This document shows positions 1 through 10,126 of a stretch of 64,000 nt of DNA, piece by piece. The notes under the pieces are model-generated. The model made no database searches and was not told the origin of the DNA. It saw only the letters and a list, made by a program, of their open reading frames with translations. The first letter of the stretch is position 1. The number at the start of each line of letters is the position of its first letter. A program made the translations under genes and the position numbers. The stretch comes from SAR86 cluster bacterium (lineage in GTDB: Bacteria; Pseudomonadota; Gammaproteobacteria; Magnimaribacterales; Magnimaribacteraceae), in contig CP097969.1 of assembly GCA_023703575.1 (NCBI GenBank), forward strand, positions 651,517 to 715,516, read 5' to 3'.

Positions 1-74
1 CAAAATCAGGATTAGGGGGCTTCACTGGGGGATTAGATGTTAAAAGATTTCTCTTAAAGCTTGAAAGCAATTAA
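1..74 (+). CDS. 3' end of an upstream gene; tail resembles methylated-DNA-protein-cysteine methyltransferase (Ogt/Ada C-terminal domain)
   Basis: Frame 3 reads KSGLGGFTGGLDVKRFLLKLESN then stop at 72-74. The pattern G-x-L-x-G-[YF]-x-G-G-x3-K-x2-LL-x2-E is the usual C-terminal tail of MGMT-type proteins. Only 23 codons are visible. Confidence 0.4.
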   Translation, partial: KSGLGGFTGGLDVKRFLLKLESN

Positions 75-83
75 AATTCAATA

Positions 84-404
84 ATGAGTGCAATTACATC
101 TATAGAAGAAAAATTGAAAAAAGCGCTAGACCCTAGTCATCTAGAGGTAATAGACGAAAGTTATCTTCATAATGTAGAACCAGGTAGAGAATCCCACGTA
201 AGGATAGTGGCTATCTCTAATCTCTTTGAGGGACTCAATTTAGTTAAAAGACATCAGCTTATTTATGCCGAGATACAAGAAGAGATAGATGGACCGATAC
301 ATGCCCTATCTATTCATACTTTTACGGAAAATGAATGGATAGAAAAAAATAAAAAAACAGAGCCTTCTCCAAATTGTCTGGGCGGCAGTAAAAACGATAA
401 CTAG
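84..404 (+). CDS. bolA: BolA family protein
   Basis: 106 aa. LEVIDESYLHNV...ESH...RHQLIY...IHALSIHTFT..EW matches the BolA signature along the whole length, including the C-terminal SP-x-C-x-G. Confidence 0.85.
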   Translation: MSAITSIEEKLKKALDPSHLEVIDESYLHNVEPGRESHVRIVAISNLFEGLNLVKRHQLIYAEIQEEIDGPIHALSIHTFTENEWIEKNKKTEPSPNCLGGSKNDN

Positions 405-413
405 AAAATTAAA

Positions 414-1337
414 ATGGCGGATAATCATGTCGTTACCTTCTATTCAATAGAAAAAATTGGTGACCATAAAAAAGTTGGTAGGACTGTTGAACGACACTGT
501 ATTAAAAACAATATAGTAGGAACTTTTTTTTCGACGCCGCAAGGTATCAATACTACTTTGTCTGGAAAGAAAAAGGCTTTAATCGAGCTTGTTTCCTTAT
601 TGAAAAAGAAATTTAAATTAATAATCAAAGACGAAACATGGTCTTCGTCTAATTCTTTGCCTTTTAAGAGATTAAAAATAAAGTGTAGAAATAGATTGTT
701 GCCATTAAAGGGTGATTTCGATCCAGTTAATTCAAGAGGTAAACATTTGAATTACCAGGACTGGAATAAATTAATTACGGATCCCAATACAATCATTCTT
801 GATGTCAGGAATAATTACGAAACGGAAATAGGCACCTTCAAAAACTCCATTATCCCTAAAATGAATAATCTAACTGAATTTCCTCATTTCGTTGATAAAG
901 AGTTATCTGAAACAAAAAAGAAAAAGATAGCTATGTTTTGTACAGGAGGTATAAGGTGCGAAATAGCTTCCTCTTTCATGATGAATGAAGGTTTTGAAGA
1001 TGTCTATCAACTTGATGGTGGTATTTTAAGATATCTCAAAGATGTTCAAGAAGAAAATTTATGGGAAGGTGAATGTTTTGTTTTTGATGAAAGAGTAACT
1101 GTAGATAAGCATTTAAACCCAGGAAGTTTTCTTCAATGTTTTGGTTGCAGAAGACCTCTATCAAAAACTGATCTTGAATCAAAATATTACAAAAAGGGCG
1201 TATCTTGTCATAAGTGTTACAACATCTCTTCTAAAAAAGATAAGGAAAGATTCTCTCAAAGACAATTGCAAATTGATTTAGCAGAAGAACGAGGGCATGT
1301 TCATATGGGTGTTAACGCAAAACAAAATAAGATATAA
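414..1337 (+). CDS. trhO: Rhodanese-domain protein of the UPF0176/YceA family (tRNA uridine-34 hydroxylase TrhO)
   Basis: 307 aa. Has an N-terminal acylphosphatase-like region, a rhodanese core with active-site loop FCTGGIRCE, and a Cys-rich C-terminal tail (CFGC...CHKC), as in YceA/TrhO. Confidence 0.75.
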   Translation: MADNHVVTFYSIEKIGDHKKVGRTVERHCIKNNIVGTFFSTPQGINTTLSGKKKALIELVSLLKKKFKLIIKDETWSSSNSLPFKRLKIKCRNRLLPLKGDFDPVNSRGKHLNYQDWNKLITDPNTIILDVRNNYETEIGTFKNSIIPKMNNLTEFPHFVDKELSETKKKKIAMFCTGGIRCEIASSFMMNEGFEDVYQLDGGILRYLKDVQEENLWEGECFVFDERVTVDKHLNPGSFLQCFGCRRPLSKTDLESKYYKKGVSCHKCYNISSKKDKERFSQRQLQIDLAEERGHVHMGVNAKQNKI

Positions 1338-1339
1338 AA

Positions 1340-3817
1340 ATGTCTAAAGTCTTTTCTAAATTCGTTACATCTTACCCAAAGATGCTTTTTATTTCTTTTC
1401 TTGTCGTTTTAACTTTCTCTATATCAAATCTTAGTAACTTTAAGCTAGATGCCTCATCTGACTCTCTTGTATTGGAGAGTGATGATGATCTCAAATATTA
1501 TAGAGAAGTAAATTCTGATTATGCTTCATCTGACTTTTTAATAATAATCTTTAAACCAAAAGAAGACCTATTTTCTGATGTGACTATTTCTCAAGTGAGA
1601 GAAATGGTAAATATTTTTGAACAAATCGAAGGAGTTGATTCTGTTCTTAGTTATTTAGATGCGCCATTACTTTTTAGCCCTAAAATGAGTATGAGCGAAC
1701 TAGCTGATAATCTTCGGACTATTGAAGACGAAGGTACTGATAAAAACTTGGCAAGGCTAGAATTCAAAAATAGCCCTTTATATACAGATCTACTGACGGA
1801 TAAAGAAGCAACTTATACCGCAATGCAATTATTGCTAGAAAACAATGTTTCTTACGAAGCAGCTATTAATCAACGTTATCAAATTCTCGAACTTATAAAT
1901 TCTGAACAATATTCCCCTGCAATTCATGATTTACAATTAAAAAATATAAATGAGGAAATAAAAATACTCAATTCACAAGCATCTATAGATAGAGACGCGC
2001 TAATTGAATCGACAAGAAAAGCAATAAACACTTTTAGAGATAAAGGTGATATATACCTTGGCGGCACTGCGATGATTGCGTCTGACATGATTAGTTTTAT
2101 AAAAAGTGATCTTCAATATTTCGCACTTGGTGTGCTGATTATGTTTGTAATAACTTTAAGTTTAATTTTTAAAAAATTACGTTGGGTTGCAATGCCCTTG
2201 ATTTCAAGCGCTTTAATTTCTCTTTTCGTTATAGGGTTTTTGGGCTGGATGGACTGGAGGGTTACTGTAGTTTCTTCAAATTTCATCTCACTTCTATTAA
2301 TAATATCAATATCTTTAACAATACACTTAATTGTTAGATATCAAGAGCTGTATGAGATTAATCCTTCACTCGAAAAAAAGGATTTAGTAGCTTTAACATT
2401 AGAGCAAATGTTGAAACCTTGCTTCTATACTGCTCTAACCACAATCATTGCTTTTGCATCTCTGGGAGTGAGTGAAATTAAACCTGTTATGGACTTTGGT
2501 AAGATGATGGTTGCAGGAATATTTTTTGCTTTTATTTTTTCTTTTTTTCTTTTTCCAATATTCAGTCTACTTTTTACCTCTAGTCTTGATCAAGAATCGA
2601 AAGATTTCAGTAAAGGGGTAACCGTAGGTTTTTCTAAGTTAACTGAAAAATTAGGAAGTTACATCAGTCTTATTGGAATTATTTTATTTTGTATATCTAT
2701 ATATGGCATCAACCAACTTACAGTTGAGAATAGATTTATAGACTATTTCAAGCCATCTACAGAAATCTATAAAGGCATGGACTTACTTGATAATAGGCTT
2801 GGTGGTACAGCACCTTTAGATGTAGTTATCAATGCACCCAAAAATTGGGCAACTGATGTAGAAGAAGAATCTTTCGATGATGACTTTGGTTTTGAAGATG
2901 AAGAATCAACTATTAATGGTTACTGGTGGAATACTATTTCTTTAGAAAAGCTTGAGCAGATTCACGACTACTTAGATTCTTTACCAGAGATAGGAAAAGT
3001 TCTTTCCGTTGCTAGTGGTATAAAAGTAGCAACTGAACTGAAAGATGGCGAGCCTTTGTCGGAGCTTGATTTAGCTCTTGTTAAAAACATGCTTCCAGAA
3101 GATATTAAAGAGAATTTACTGAGTTCTTATATTAGCAACGACGAAAATCAAGTTAGGATATCAGCCAGAGTGATTGAGTCTGCCGAGGGTCTCAACCGAA
3201 ATGAGCTCTTGTATGAAATTTCTGAGACTTTAAAAACAGATTACAATTTGGAAGAAGAACAATTTAGGCTGACTGGCTTAGCAGTGCTTTACAACAATAT
3301 GTTGCAAAGCTTATTTGATTCCCAGATCGGTACTATTGTTATTGTCTTCAGCATTATTTTTTTAATGTTTTTAATCCTTTTTCGTTCTTTGTATTTATCC
3401 ATTATTGGGATTATTCCTAATCTATTGGCAGCAGGAGTTGTATTGGGAACTATGGGTATTTTTTCAATACCCCTAGACATTATGACCATTACTGTTGCTG
3501 CTATCAGCGTTGGTATGGCAGTAGATAACACTATCCACTATATTCATAGATTTAAAAAAGAATTTAAAGTTTCAGGAATCTATATTCAGGCTATGAAAGA
3601 TAGTCATAGAACCATAGGAAGGGCAATGTTTTATACTTCATTAACAATCATTCTTGGATTTTTAGTATTTTCAACTTCTAATTTCAATCCAAGTGTCTAC
3701 TTTGGGTTCTTTGTATCATTAGCGATGGTTATGGCATTATTAGGGGCACTAACGTTATTACCCCAATTGATTCTTTATTTTAAACCATTGGGAAAAGAAA
3801 AATTAACAGGAGACTAG
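1340..3817 (+). CDS. RND-superfamily exporter, MMPL/HpnN-like (predicted lipid or hydrophobe exporter)
   Basis: 825 aa with two repeats, each a large soluble loop followed by a bundle of about 5-6 hydrophobic helices (residues about 250-420 and about 650-810). This is typical MMPL/RND topology. Starts 2 nt after trhO. Confidence 0.75.
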   Translation: MSKVFSKFVTSYPKMLFISFLVVLTFSISNLSNFKLDASSDSLVLESDDDLKYYREVNSDYASSDFLIIIFKPKEDLFSDVTISQVREMVNIFEQIEGVDSVLSYLDAPLLFSPKMSMSELADNLRTIEDEGTDKNLARLEFKNSPLYTDLLTDKEATYTAMQLLLENNVSYEAAINQRYQILELINSEQYSPAIHDLQLKNINEEIKILNSQASIDRDALIESTRKAINTFRDKGDIYLGGTAMIASDMISFIKSDLQYFALGVLIMFVITLSLIFKKLRWVAMPLISSALISLFVIGFLGWMDWRVTVVSSNFISLLLIISISLTIHLIVRYQELYEINPSLEKKDLVALTLEQMLKPCFYTALTTIIAFASLGVSEIKPVMDFGKMMVAGIFFAFIFSFFLFPIFSLLFTSSLDQESKDFSKGVTVGFSKLTEKLGSYISLIGIILFCISIYGINQLTVENRFIDYFKPSTEIYKGMDLLDNRLGGTAPLDVVINAPKNWATDVEEESFDDDFGFEDEESTINGYWWNTISLEKLEQIHDYLDSLPEIGKVLSVASGIKVATELKDGEPLSELDLALVKNMLPEDIKENLLSSYISNDENQVRISARVIESAEGLNRNELLYEISETLKTDYNLEEEQFRLTGLAVLYNNMLQSLFDSQIGTIVIVFSIIFLMFLILFRSLYLSIIGIIPNLLAAGVVLGTMGIFSIPLDIMTITVAAISVGMAVDNTIHYIHRFKKEFKVSGIYIQAMKDSHRTIGRAMFYTSLTIILGFLVFSTSNFNPSVYFGFFVSLAMVMALLGALTLLPQLILYFKPLGKEKLTGD

Positions 3818-3818
3818 T

Positions 3819-4949
3819 ATGGGACCACTAAAGGGATTCAAGATAATTGAAATGGCTGGAATAGGTCCAGGACCATTCTGTGGAATGATTTTGGCTGATC
3901 TTGGAGCAGAGATAATAAGAGTTGATAGAGCTTCGGCTGCAGGGACAGGTTCAAGAGAAGAGCCAGCTAACCGTGGGAAGAAATCAATCGCTGTAGACTT
4001 AAAGAGCGAAGATGGAGTAGAGGTAGTATTAAAATTAGTCGAAAGTGCAGATGCTATTTTTGAAGGTTTCAGACCTGGTGTAATGGAAAGATTAGGACTA
4101 GGACCTGATGTATGCCAAAAAAGGAACGAGAAACTAGTTTTTGGAAGAATGACTGGATGGGGTCAAACTGGTCCATTGGCGAATGCAGCTGGACATGATA
4201 TTAACTATATTGCTTTATCAGGAGCTTTAGCTGCAATAGGAAGAGACGATTCTCCTCCTGTTCCACCTTTAAATCTCATTGGAGATTTTGGAGGCGGTGG
4301 CATGTTATTGGCGTTAGGTATTGTGGCTGCTCTTTTAGAGACTCAGAGTTCCGGTAAGGGTCAGGTCATTGATGCAGCCATGACTGATGGATCTTCTCTA
4401 CTAATGACAATGATGTATTCAATGCATCAATCAGGGTTTTGGAACTTGGAACGCCAAACTAATCTTTTAGATGGAGCAGCACATTTTTATGATACTTACG
4501 AGTGCAAGGATGGAAAATATGTATCAATTGGGTCGATTGAACCTCAATTTTACACCTTACTTTGTGAAAAGGCTGAGTTGTCAATTGATGACTTTGGAGA
4601 TCAAATGAAACGAGATACTTGGCAAAATAAAAAACAACTGATTAAGGACGTCTTTTTAACAAAGACAAGAGAAGAATGGTGTGATCTTATGGAGGGGAGT
4701 GATGTATGTTTTGCACCTGTATTGGATATGAGTGAAGCACCTTTGCACCCGCATAATATCGCTCGACAAACGTTTATTGAAATTGAGGGTGTAACCCAAC
4801 CCGCACCTGCTCCAAGATTCGATAGAACTCAAAATGAAATTACGCTACCACCAGCCATTGCAGGTGAACATTCAAAGGATATACTAGAATCAATAGGTAT
4901 TGATAGTAATGAATATGATAGATTGATTTCATCGGGTTCTGTAGTTTGA
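3819..4949 (+). CDS. Family III CoA-transferase (CaiB/BaiF), alpha-methylacyl-CoA racemase-like
   Basis: 376 aa. N-terminus GFKIIEMAGIGPGPFCGMILADLGAEIIRVDR, plus GHDINYIALSGAL and NLIGDFGGGG, which match the racemase (AMACR/Mcr) branch motifs as I remember them. Confidence 0.8.
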   Translation: MGPLKGFKIIEMAGIGPGPFCGMILADLGAEIIRVDRASAAGTGSREEPANRGKKSIAVDLKSEDGVEVVLKLVESADAIFEGFRPGVMERLGLGPDVCQKRNEKLVFGRMTGWGQTGPLANAAGHDINYIALSGALAAIGRDDSPPVPPLNLIGDFGGGGMLLALGIVAALLETQSSGKGQVIDAAMTDGSSLLMTMMYSMHQSGFWNLERQTNLLDGAAHFYDTYECKDGKYVSIGSIEPQFYTLLCEKAELSIDDFGDQMKRDTWQNKKQLIKDVFLTKTREEWCDLMEGSDVCFAPVLDMSEAPLHPHNIARQTFIEIEGVTQPAPAPRFDRTQNEITLPPAIAGEHSKDILESIGIDSNEYDRLISSGSVV

Positions 4950-5173
4950 GAGAGCTCATCCTAATCTCCGGAGAAGACTGTAATTTATGCAGAGAAGCTC
5001 AACAATTACTTTCTCAGATATATCTGAAAGACTGCATAATTACCACTGTAGATATATATTCAAAGAGAACATATGTTGATAAATATTGGGATAAAATTCC
5101 AGTCATTCTCTATGGTGAACAAGAGTTACTTTGGCCGTTTGATGAAGAGAAAGTAATTAAACTTTTAGACTGA
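4946..5173 (+). CDS. Small glutaredoxin/thioredoxin-fold protein (DUF836-like)
   Basis: 75 aa with an N-terminal CxxC (CNLC) followed by a helix, and IPV motif before the cis-Pro position. TTG start overlaps the upstream stop by 4 nt. Confidence 0.5.
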   Translation: MRELILISGEDCNLCREAQQLLSQIYLKDCIITTVDIYSKRTYVDKYWDKIPVILYGEQELLWPFDEEKVIKLLD

Positions 5174-5968
5174 TATATCAAAAAAATCTAATGAATTCAT
5201 ATAAATGGCTGAAAAAACTAATTCTTCGCTTTCTCTTCTTAACTCTGAAACCTTTCTAGCGATATGATTCAAGTACTTGGGTTCATTTCTGGAGGATTTA
5301 TCAATATCCATATCTCTAGGTAGCAAATATGGGGCATCAGTTTCTATCATTAATTTTTCTAGTGGTATTTGAGAAATTAGCTCTTCTAGATGCTTGCCTC
5401 TTCTTTCATCACATAACCAGCCGGTTATTCCTATGTAGAATCCCATGTCGAGGTATTTCTTCAAAGCTTCCTCTGTTCCTGTGAAACAATGCACAACACT
5501 TTTGGGTAAATCTTTTAAGTATAGAGATGTAATGTCAACAAATTTTTCATGGGCGTCTCTCTCATGCAAGAATAAAGGTTTATTTAATTCAATGGATAAC
5601 TCGAGATGGGCTTCAAAACTCTTTTGTTGATCTTCTGGGGAAGAAAAATTTCTATTAAAATCTAAACCCGTTTCTCCTATCGACTTAACTAAATCATTTT
5701 TTAATAAATCTTTAATTTCACTAAAGGCAGCAGTTGAATATTCCTTTGCATTATGAGGATGTATTCCAGCGGTAGAAATACAAGTTTTGGGATATCTCTG
5801 AGTAATCTCGAAGGCTTCTAAGCTATCTTTTACTGAAGATCCGGTGACTGATAATCTTTTTACCCCAAGTTTACTCGCCTCAATTATTACGGAATCTAAG
5901 TCTTCAGTAAAAGACTCATGTGTCAAATTGGCTCCGATATCAAAAAATTGTTCTTGAATAAGTGGCAT
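5165..5968 (-). CDS. tatD: TatD-family metal-dependent DNase/hydrolase
   Basis: 267 aa. FDIGANLTH..F, STAGIHPHNA, FLHERDAH, HCFTG and ETDAPYL motifs are co-linear with E. coli TatD. Its 3' end overlaps the convergent 4946-5173 gene by 9 nt. Confidence 0.8.
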   Translation of the reverse strand: MPLIQEQFFDIGANLTHESFTEDLDSVIIEASKLGVKRLSVTGSSVKDSLEAFEITQRYPKTCISTAGIHPHNAKEYSTAAFSEIKDLLKNDLVKSIGETGLDFNRNFSSPEDQQKSFEAHLELSIELNKPLFLHERDAHEKFVDITSLYLKDLPKSVVHCFTGTEEALKKYLDMGFYIGITGWLCDERRGKHLEELISQIPLEKLMIETDAPYLLPRDMDIDKSSRNEPKYLNHIARKVSELRRESEELVFSAIYMNSLDFFDISV

Positions 5969-6010
5969 TATGACCTCTATTATAAAACAGTATATTTTTT
6001 AGGGGGAGAT

Positions 6011-7234
6011 ATGAGCGGACCATTTAAAGGAGTTAGAGTACTTGAATTAACTTCTACAGTATCAGGACCTTTTGCTGGAATGATGCTTGCTGATCAAGGC
6101 GCTGAGGTTATTAAGATTGAACCACCCGGTATAGGAGATCTTGCTAGATTCATGGGAACTATTAAAGATGGAATGGGTGCTATGTTTTCTACTCTCAACA
6201 GAAACAAGAAGTGTATATGTTTAGATTTCAAAAACGAAGAAGACCTGTCAGTCTTAATGCAACTAGTTTCAACAACTGATGTGTTAATTGAAAATTATAG
6301 ACCAGGTATTGTTAAAAAACTTGGAATTGATTATGAGACTTTAAAAAGAATCAAAACTGATTTGATATATTGCTCCATATCAGGTTACGGACAGTCAGGC
6401 CCTTATAAAGAAAAGAAAGTATATGATCCATTGATCCAAGGAACAGTAGGCATTCCTCATGCTCAAAATAGTGAATTTCCAGAATTGATAAGAACAATTA
6501 TTTATGACAAGGTCACTGGATTAACGAGCGCTCAAGCAATTTCAGCAGCTCTTTATCAGAAAGCTAATGGCGAAGGTGGTCAGTATCTTCCAGTATCAAT
6601 GATGGAATCAGCTCTCTACTATAATTGGCCCGATTTAATGATGAACTATACATTTGAGGAGGGTGGTATAAATTTAGGTGAACTAGCAGATTTATTTGAG
6701 GTTTATGAAACTAAAGACGGAGGAGTGGTTCTTATAATTATTGCAAATGATGAAGTATTCACAAAATTTTGTGAAGTTTTTAGCCTCTCATTACACCAAG
6801 ATGAAAAGTACAATAATCTTGTCTCCAGAATAGTTAATAAAGAAGAATTAACCAAGGAAATAAATAAAATTACTAGGAATTTATCTAGCAAAGAACTCGA
6901 AGATAAAATGGATAATGAAGGAATCTCGGCTTCAATTTGTAATGATTTAAACAAAGTTCATCTTGACCCTCAAGTAATTGAACAAGGTTCGATCGTTGAA
7001 ATAGACCATCCTGAGTTGGGTAAAATGAGAATGCCAAAACCCCCAGCTAACTTAAAAGGGCAAAAAGAGTTTCCGCGAACTCTTGCGCCTATCCTAGGCT
7101 TTGATAATAGACAAATCTTGGAAGAGCTTAAGATTGATAATGATATAATAGAAAGAATGGAAGAAAGAGAGAATCAAAACAGGATGTTGATAAAAGCAAT
7201 GATGGATGCTCAAAATCAATCCCAAAATGGTTAA
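6011..7234 (+). CDS. Family III CoA-transferase (CaiB/BaiF family)
   Basis: Start moved to the ATG at 6011 (MSGPFKGVRVLELTSTVSGPFAGMMLADQGAEVIKIE), preceded by AGGGGGAG. The track ORF begins at 5918 inside tatD. Also has ISGYGQSGPY and YDPLIQG motifs. Confidence 0.8.
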   Translation: MSGPFKGVRVLELTSTVSGPFAGMMLADQGAEVIKIEPPGIGDLARFMGTIKDGMGAMFSTLNRNKKCICLDFKNEEDLSVLMQLVSTTDVLIENYRPGIVKKLGIDYETLKRIKTDLIYCSISGYGQSGPYKEKKVYDPLIQGTVGIPHAQNSEFPELIRTIIYDKVTGLTSAQAISAALYQKANGEGGQYLPVSMMESALYYNWPDLMMNYTFEEGGINLGELADLFEVYETKDGGVVLIIIANDEVFTKFCEVFSLSLHQDEKYNNLVSRIVNKEELTKEINKITRNLSSKELEDKMDNEGISASICNDLNKVHLDPQVIEQGSIVEIDHPELGKMRMPKPPANLKGQKEFPRTLAPILGFDNRQILEELKIDNDIIERMEERENQNRMLIKAMMDAQNQSQNG

Positions 7235-7685
7235 AACATTCTTTGATTTATTACTGACTGCTATAGTCGTGACTATTCTTGTTGTAGTCGTATCCACATC
7301 TAGCAATCTTTTATGGCTCAACTCTATGAATATGCCGATTGATTTTAGTTTAGTTACTTCTACTTTCTTAAAAGATGTAGTTGGTATGAACTTTAACTCC
7401 CAGATACCACTCTATTTGCTAATTTTAATACCCTTGATTCTATTTTTATTTAGTACAAAACTAATATCTAAGAGATTTTTGTTAAATAGAGTATTTCCTT
7501 ATGTTCTTGCCGGAGGATTGTCTATGCTCTTTTTGATGATTCTCTTGCCATTTGCTCTTGATAACTTGGAACCTATATCTGGATCAAGAACAAATATTGG
7601 AAAGTTATGTATGACAATATGCGGATGCCTCGGTGGATATTTATATGGTTTTAGACAAACAAGGAAAGATGATAATGAGATATAG
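7206..7685 (+). CDS. Integral membrane protein, unknown function
   Basis: 159 aa with four clear hydrophobic helices and no recognisable motif. Overlaps both neighbours. Confidence 0.5.
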   Translation: MLKINPKMVKTFFDLLLTAIVVTILVVVVSTSSNLLWLNSMNMPIDFSLVTSTFLKDVVGMNFNSQIPLYLLILIPLILFLFSTKLISKRFLLNRVFPYVLAGGLSMLFLMILLPFALDNLEPISGSRTNIGKLCMTICGCLGGYLYGFRQTRKDDNEI

Positions 7686-8772
7686 TCAACCTACGTTAAT
7701 TTTAGTGATATCAATAATATCTCTCTTTCTCAGATCTGAAGAGGTTAATTACAATTACACAATAATTGCTGAAGGACTTGATAGGCCTTGGAGTCTTGCT
7801 GTAATCGATGATGAAAATATTATTTTTACAGAGTTATCGGGAAACTTGAGACAGATAAAAGATGGTAAGTTACTTTCTGCTCCAGTAGCCGGTACACCTG
7901 AAGTGCTTTTCAAAGGACAAGGCGGTATGTCTGGAGTCGTTTTGGATCCAAATTTTCAAAACAATAAAGTTTTGTATTTGGCATTTTCTGCTCGTGATGC
8001 AGGGGCAAGAACCAATACCTTAAAAGTAATCAGAGCAGTTCTTTCCAATAATGAGCTTAAAGATGTTAATGAAATCTTCAGTGCCTTTCCTTCTCGAAAT
8101 ACCGCTCTTCACTATGGAGCTAAAATGGTGTTCATGGATGATGGTACTTTGCTAATTACTAATGGTGATGGTTTTAACTATCGTGAGAAGGCTCAATCAT
8201 TAGATAACCATTTTGGGAAAATTGTAAGGATAAATTCAGATGGTTCTTTGCCAGAAGGTAATCCATTTTCAGATGATCCAAATGCTCTTCCTGAGATCTG
8301 GTCTTATGGACATAGAAACCCCCAAGGCATAATAAATTATAAAGGTGAGATTTATGGGTTAGAGCATGGACCAATGGGTGGAGATGAAATAAATGTAATT
8401 AAGCCAGGAAATAATTATGGTTGGCCTGCCATAACTTACGGCAAGGATTATAACGGTTCGATCATTTCTCCATTTACTGAGATGAAAGGGATGGAACAAC
8501 CAATTAAATACTGGGTACCATCTATAGCACCTTCAGGAATGATGCTTTATGACAAAGACTTATTTCCTGAATGGAAAGGAAGTATATTTGTTTCGTCAAT
8601 GAAACCTGGAAGTGTAAGAAGATTGGAGCTTAAAGAGAATAAGATTATTCAAGAACATATAATTTTCGATGATTTAAGCAGGATTCGTGATATTGCATTT
8701 CTCCCAAATGGCTCAATACTTCTGGCAACTGATGGAAGTGGAGGAGAGATAATAAGTGTCCAACCAAATTAA
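7675..8772 (+). CDS. PQQ-dependent soluble sugar (aldose) dehydrogenase, YliI/sorbosone dehydrogenase family
   Basis: Start chosen at MRYSQPTLILVISIISLF (signal peptide). Has WSYGHRNPQG, NYGWP and beta-propeller repeat character. Confidence 0.75.
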   Translation: MRYSQPTLILVISIISLFLRSEEVNYNYTIIAEGLDRPWSLAVIDDENIIFTELSGNLRQIKDGKLLSAPVAGTPEVLFKGQGGMSGVVLDPNFQNNKVLYLAFSARDAGARTNTLKVIRAVLSNNELKDVNEIFSAFPSRNTALHYGAKMVFMDDGTLLITNGDGFNYREKAQSLDNHFGKIVRINSDGSLPEGNPFSDDPNALPEIWSYGHRNPQGIINYKGEIYGLEHGPMGGDEINVIKPGNNYGWPAITYGKDYNGSIISPFTEMKGMEQPIKYWVPSIAPSGMMLYDKDLFPEWKGSIFVSSMKPGSVRRLELKENKIIQEHIIFDDLSRIRDIAFLPNGSILLATDGSGGEIISVQPN

Positions 8773-8781
8773 GGAAAGAAT

Positions 8782-9156
8782 ATGTGGGCAAGGATAATTC
8801 CTGGAATCATAGGTTCAATTATGATGTTAACTGCTTTTAATTGGATAATTGATCCATCCTCAGCTGCTGCAGGCTTATCAATGTCTTTATTACAAGGAGA
8901 AGGTGGTAATACTCAAATAGGTGATTTCACCTCTTTCTTTTTTACTGCTGCAATCATGGCCATCATAGGTGCATATAGAAATGAGCATATATGGATTTAT
9001 GCTACTGTTTGTCTTCTGGGTTCAGCGGCTATATTTAGAATTTATGCAGGTCTCATGCACGGAACAGAATTCTTAACGTCAGCAATTTTTTTCGAAATCT
9101 TGACCTCTATATTATTAATAATCTGTATAAAAAAGATTAAATCAACAAATCAATAA
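8782..9156 (+). CDS. Small integral membrane protein (4 predicted helices)
   Basis: 124 aa, hydrophobic throughout, with a GGAAAG-type SD upstream. Confidence 0.5.
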   Translation: MWARIIPGIIGSIMMLTAFNWIIDPSSAAAGLSMSLLQGEGGNTQIGDFTSFFFTAAIMAIIGAYRNEHIWIYATVCLLGSAAIFRIYAGLMHGTEFLTSAIFFEILTSILLIICIKKIKSTNQ

Positions 9157-9271
9157 GCTTGTCAGTCCATAAATAACAATACTAGGATATTGGTAGATTT
9201 AACTCTAAAAAGTTGGTTAGCGATTTTTTTACTTTGTGATAAAGTCACGATAAATCTTAAAAGGAATAAAT

Positions 9272-10126
9272 ATGAAATTTAAAGGGACTGATTCTTATAT
9301 CTCAACTGAAGATCTTAGTATGGCAGTGAATGCCGCAATAGAACTTGAAAAGCCATTACTGATTAAAGGTGAGCCAGGAACTGGCAAAACTATGCTAGCT
9401 GAGCAAGTTGCCGAATCACTAAATATGCCATTAATTGAGTGGCATATAAAATCTACAACGAAAGCTAGACAAGGCCTTTATGAATATGACGCTGTAACAA
9501 GACTGAGGGATTCACAACTTGGGGATGAACGAGTTAAAGACATCTCTAACTATATTCAAAAAGGAAAAATGTGGGAGGCTTTTACCTCCGATGAAAGAGC
9601 AGTTTTGCTTGTTGATGAAATTGATAAGGCAGATATAGAGTTTCCAAATGACTTATTACAAGAGATAGATCGTATGGAGTTTTATGTTTATGAGACTAAA
9701 GAGACAATTAAAGCGGTTCAAAGACCTTTAGTAATCATTACAAGTAATAATGAGAAAGAACTACCCGATGCTTTCCTTAGAAGATGTTTCTTCCACTATA
9801 TCAACTTCCCAGATAGACCGACAATGGAAAAAATTGTAAAAGTCCATCATCCTAAGGTTAAGAAAAATTTAGTAAAAGATGCTTTAGAAATTTTCTTTGA
9901 TATAAGAAAGGTACCAGGAATGAAGAAAAAACCTTCTACTTCAGAATTGATCGATTGGTTAAAGCTACTAATGGCTGATGACATTCCTGACGAAATTTTT
10001 AAAAATAGAGATCCCTCTAAAGCAATACCACCTTTATATGGCGCACTTGTGAAAAATGAACAAGATGTTCAATTACTTGAAAGATTAGCATTTATGGCTA
10101 GAAGAGAAGGTAATACTAATTCTTAA
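9272..10126 (+). CDS. MoxR-like AAA+ ATPase
   Basis: 284 aa. Walker A GEPGTGKT, Walker B LLVDEIDKA, ITSN sensor-1 and PDAFLRRC arginine-finger region. Typical short MoxR (COG0714-like). Confidence 0.85.
   Translation: MKFKGTDSYISTEDLSMAVNAAIELEKPLLIKGEPGTGKTMLAEQVAESLNMPLIEWHIKSTTKARQGLYEYDAVTRLRDSQLGDERVKDISNYIQKGKMWEAFTSDERAVLLVDEIDKADIEFPNDLLQEIDRMEFYVYETKETIKAVQRPLVIITSNNEKELPDAFLRRCFFHYINFPDRPTMEKIVKVHHPKVKKNLVKDALEIFFDIRKVPGMKKKPSTSELIDWLKLLMADDIPDEIFKNRDPSKAIPPLYGALVKNEQDVQLLERLAFMARREGNTNS

Noticed and set aside
5918-6010. N-terminal extensions of track ORFs: 5918-6010, 7633-7674, 22299-22328, 34460-34513, 40998-41000 and 51412-51465.
   Set aside because: The extensions overlap neighbouring genes and lack SDs. 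Downstream ATGs with good SDs give N-termini that match the family consensus or a signal peptide. The start choices remain predictions.
9233-9254. TTTGTGATAAAGTCACGATAAA upstream of the MoxR gene, which contains GTCAC/GTGAT half-sites similar to the Pho-island repeats.
   Set aside because: There is only one weak pair with no 11-bp phased array. Single TGTCA-like pentamers are expected by chance at this base composition.
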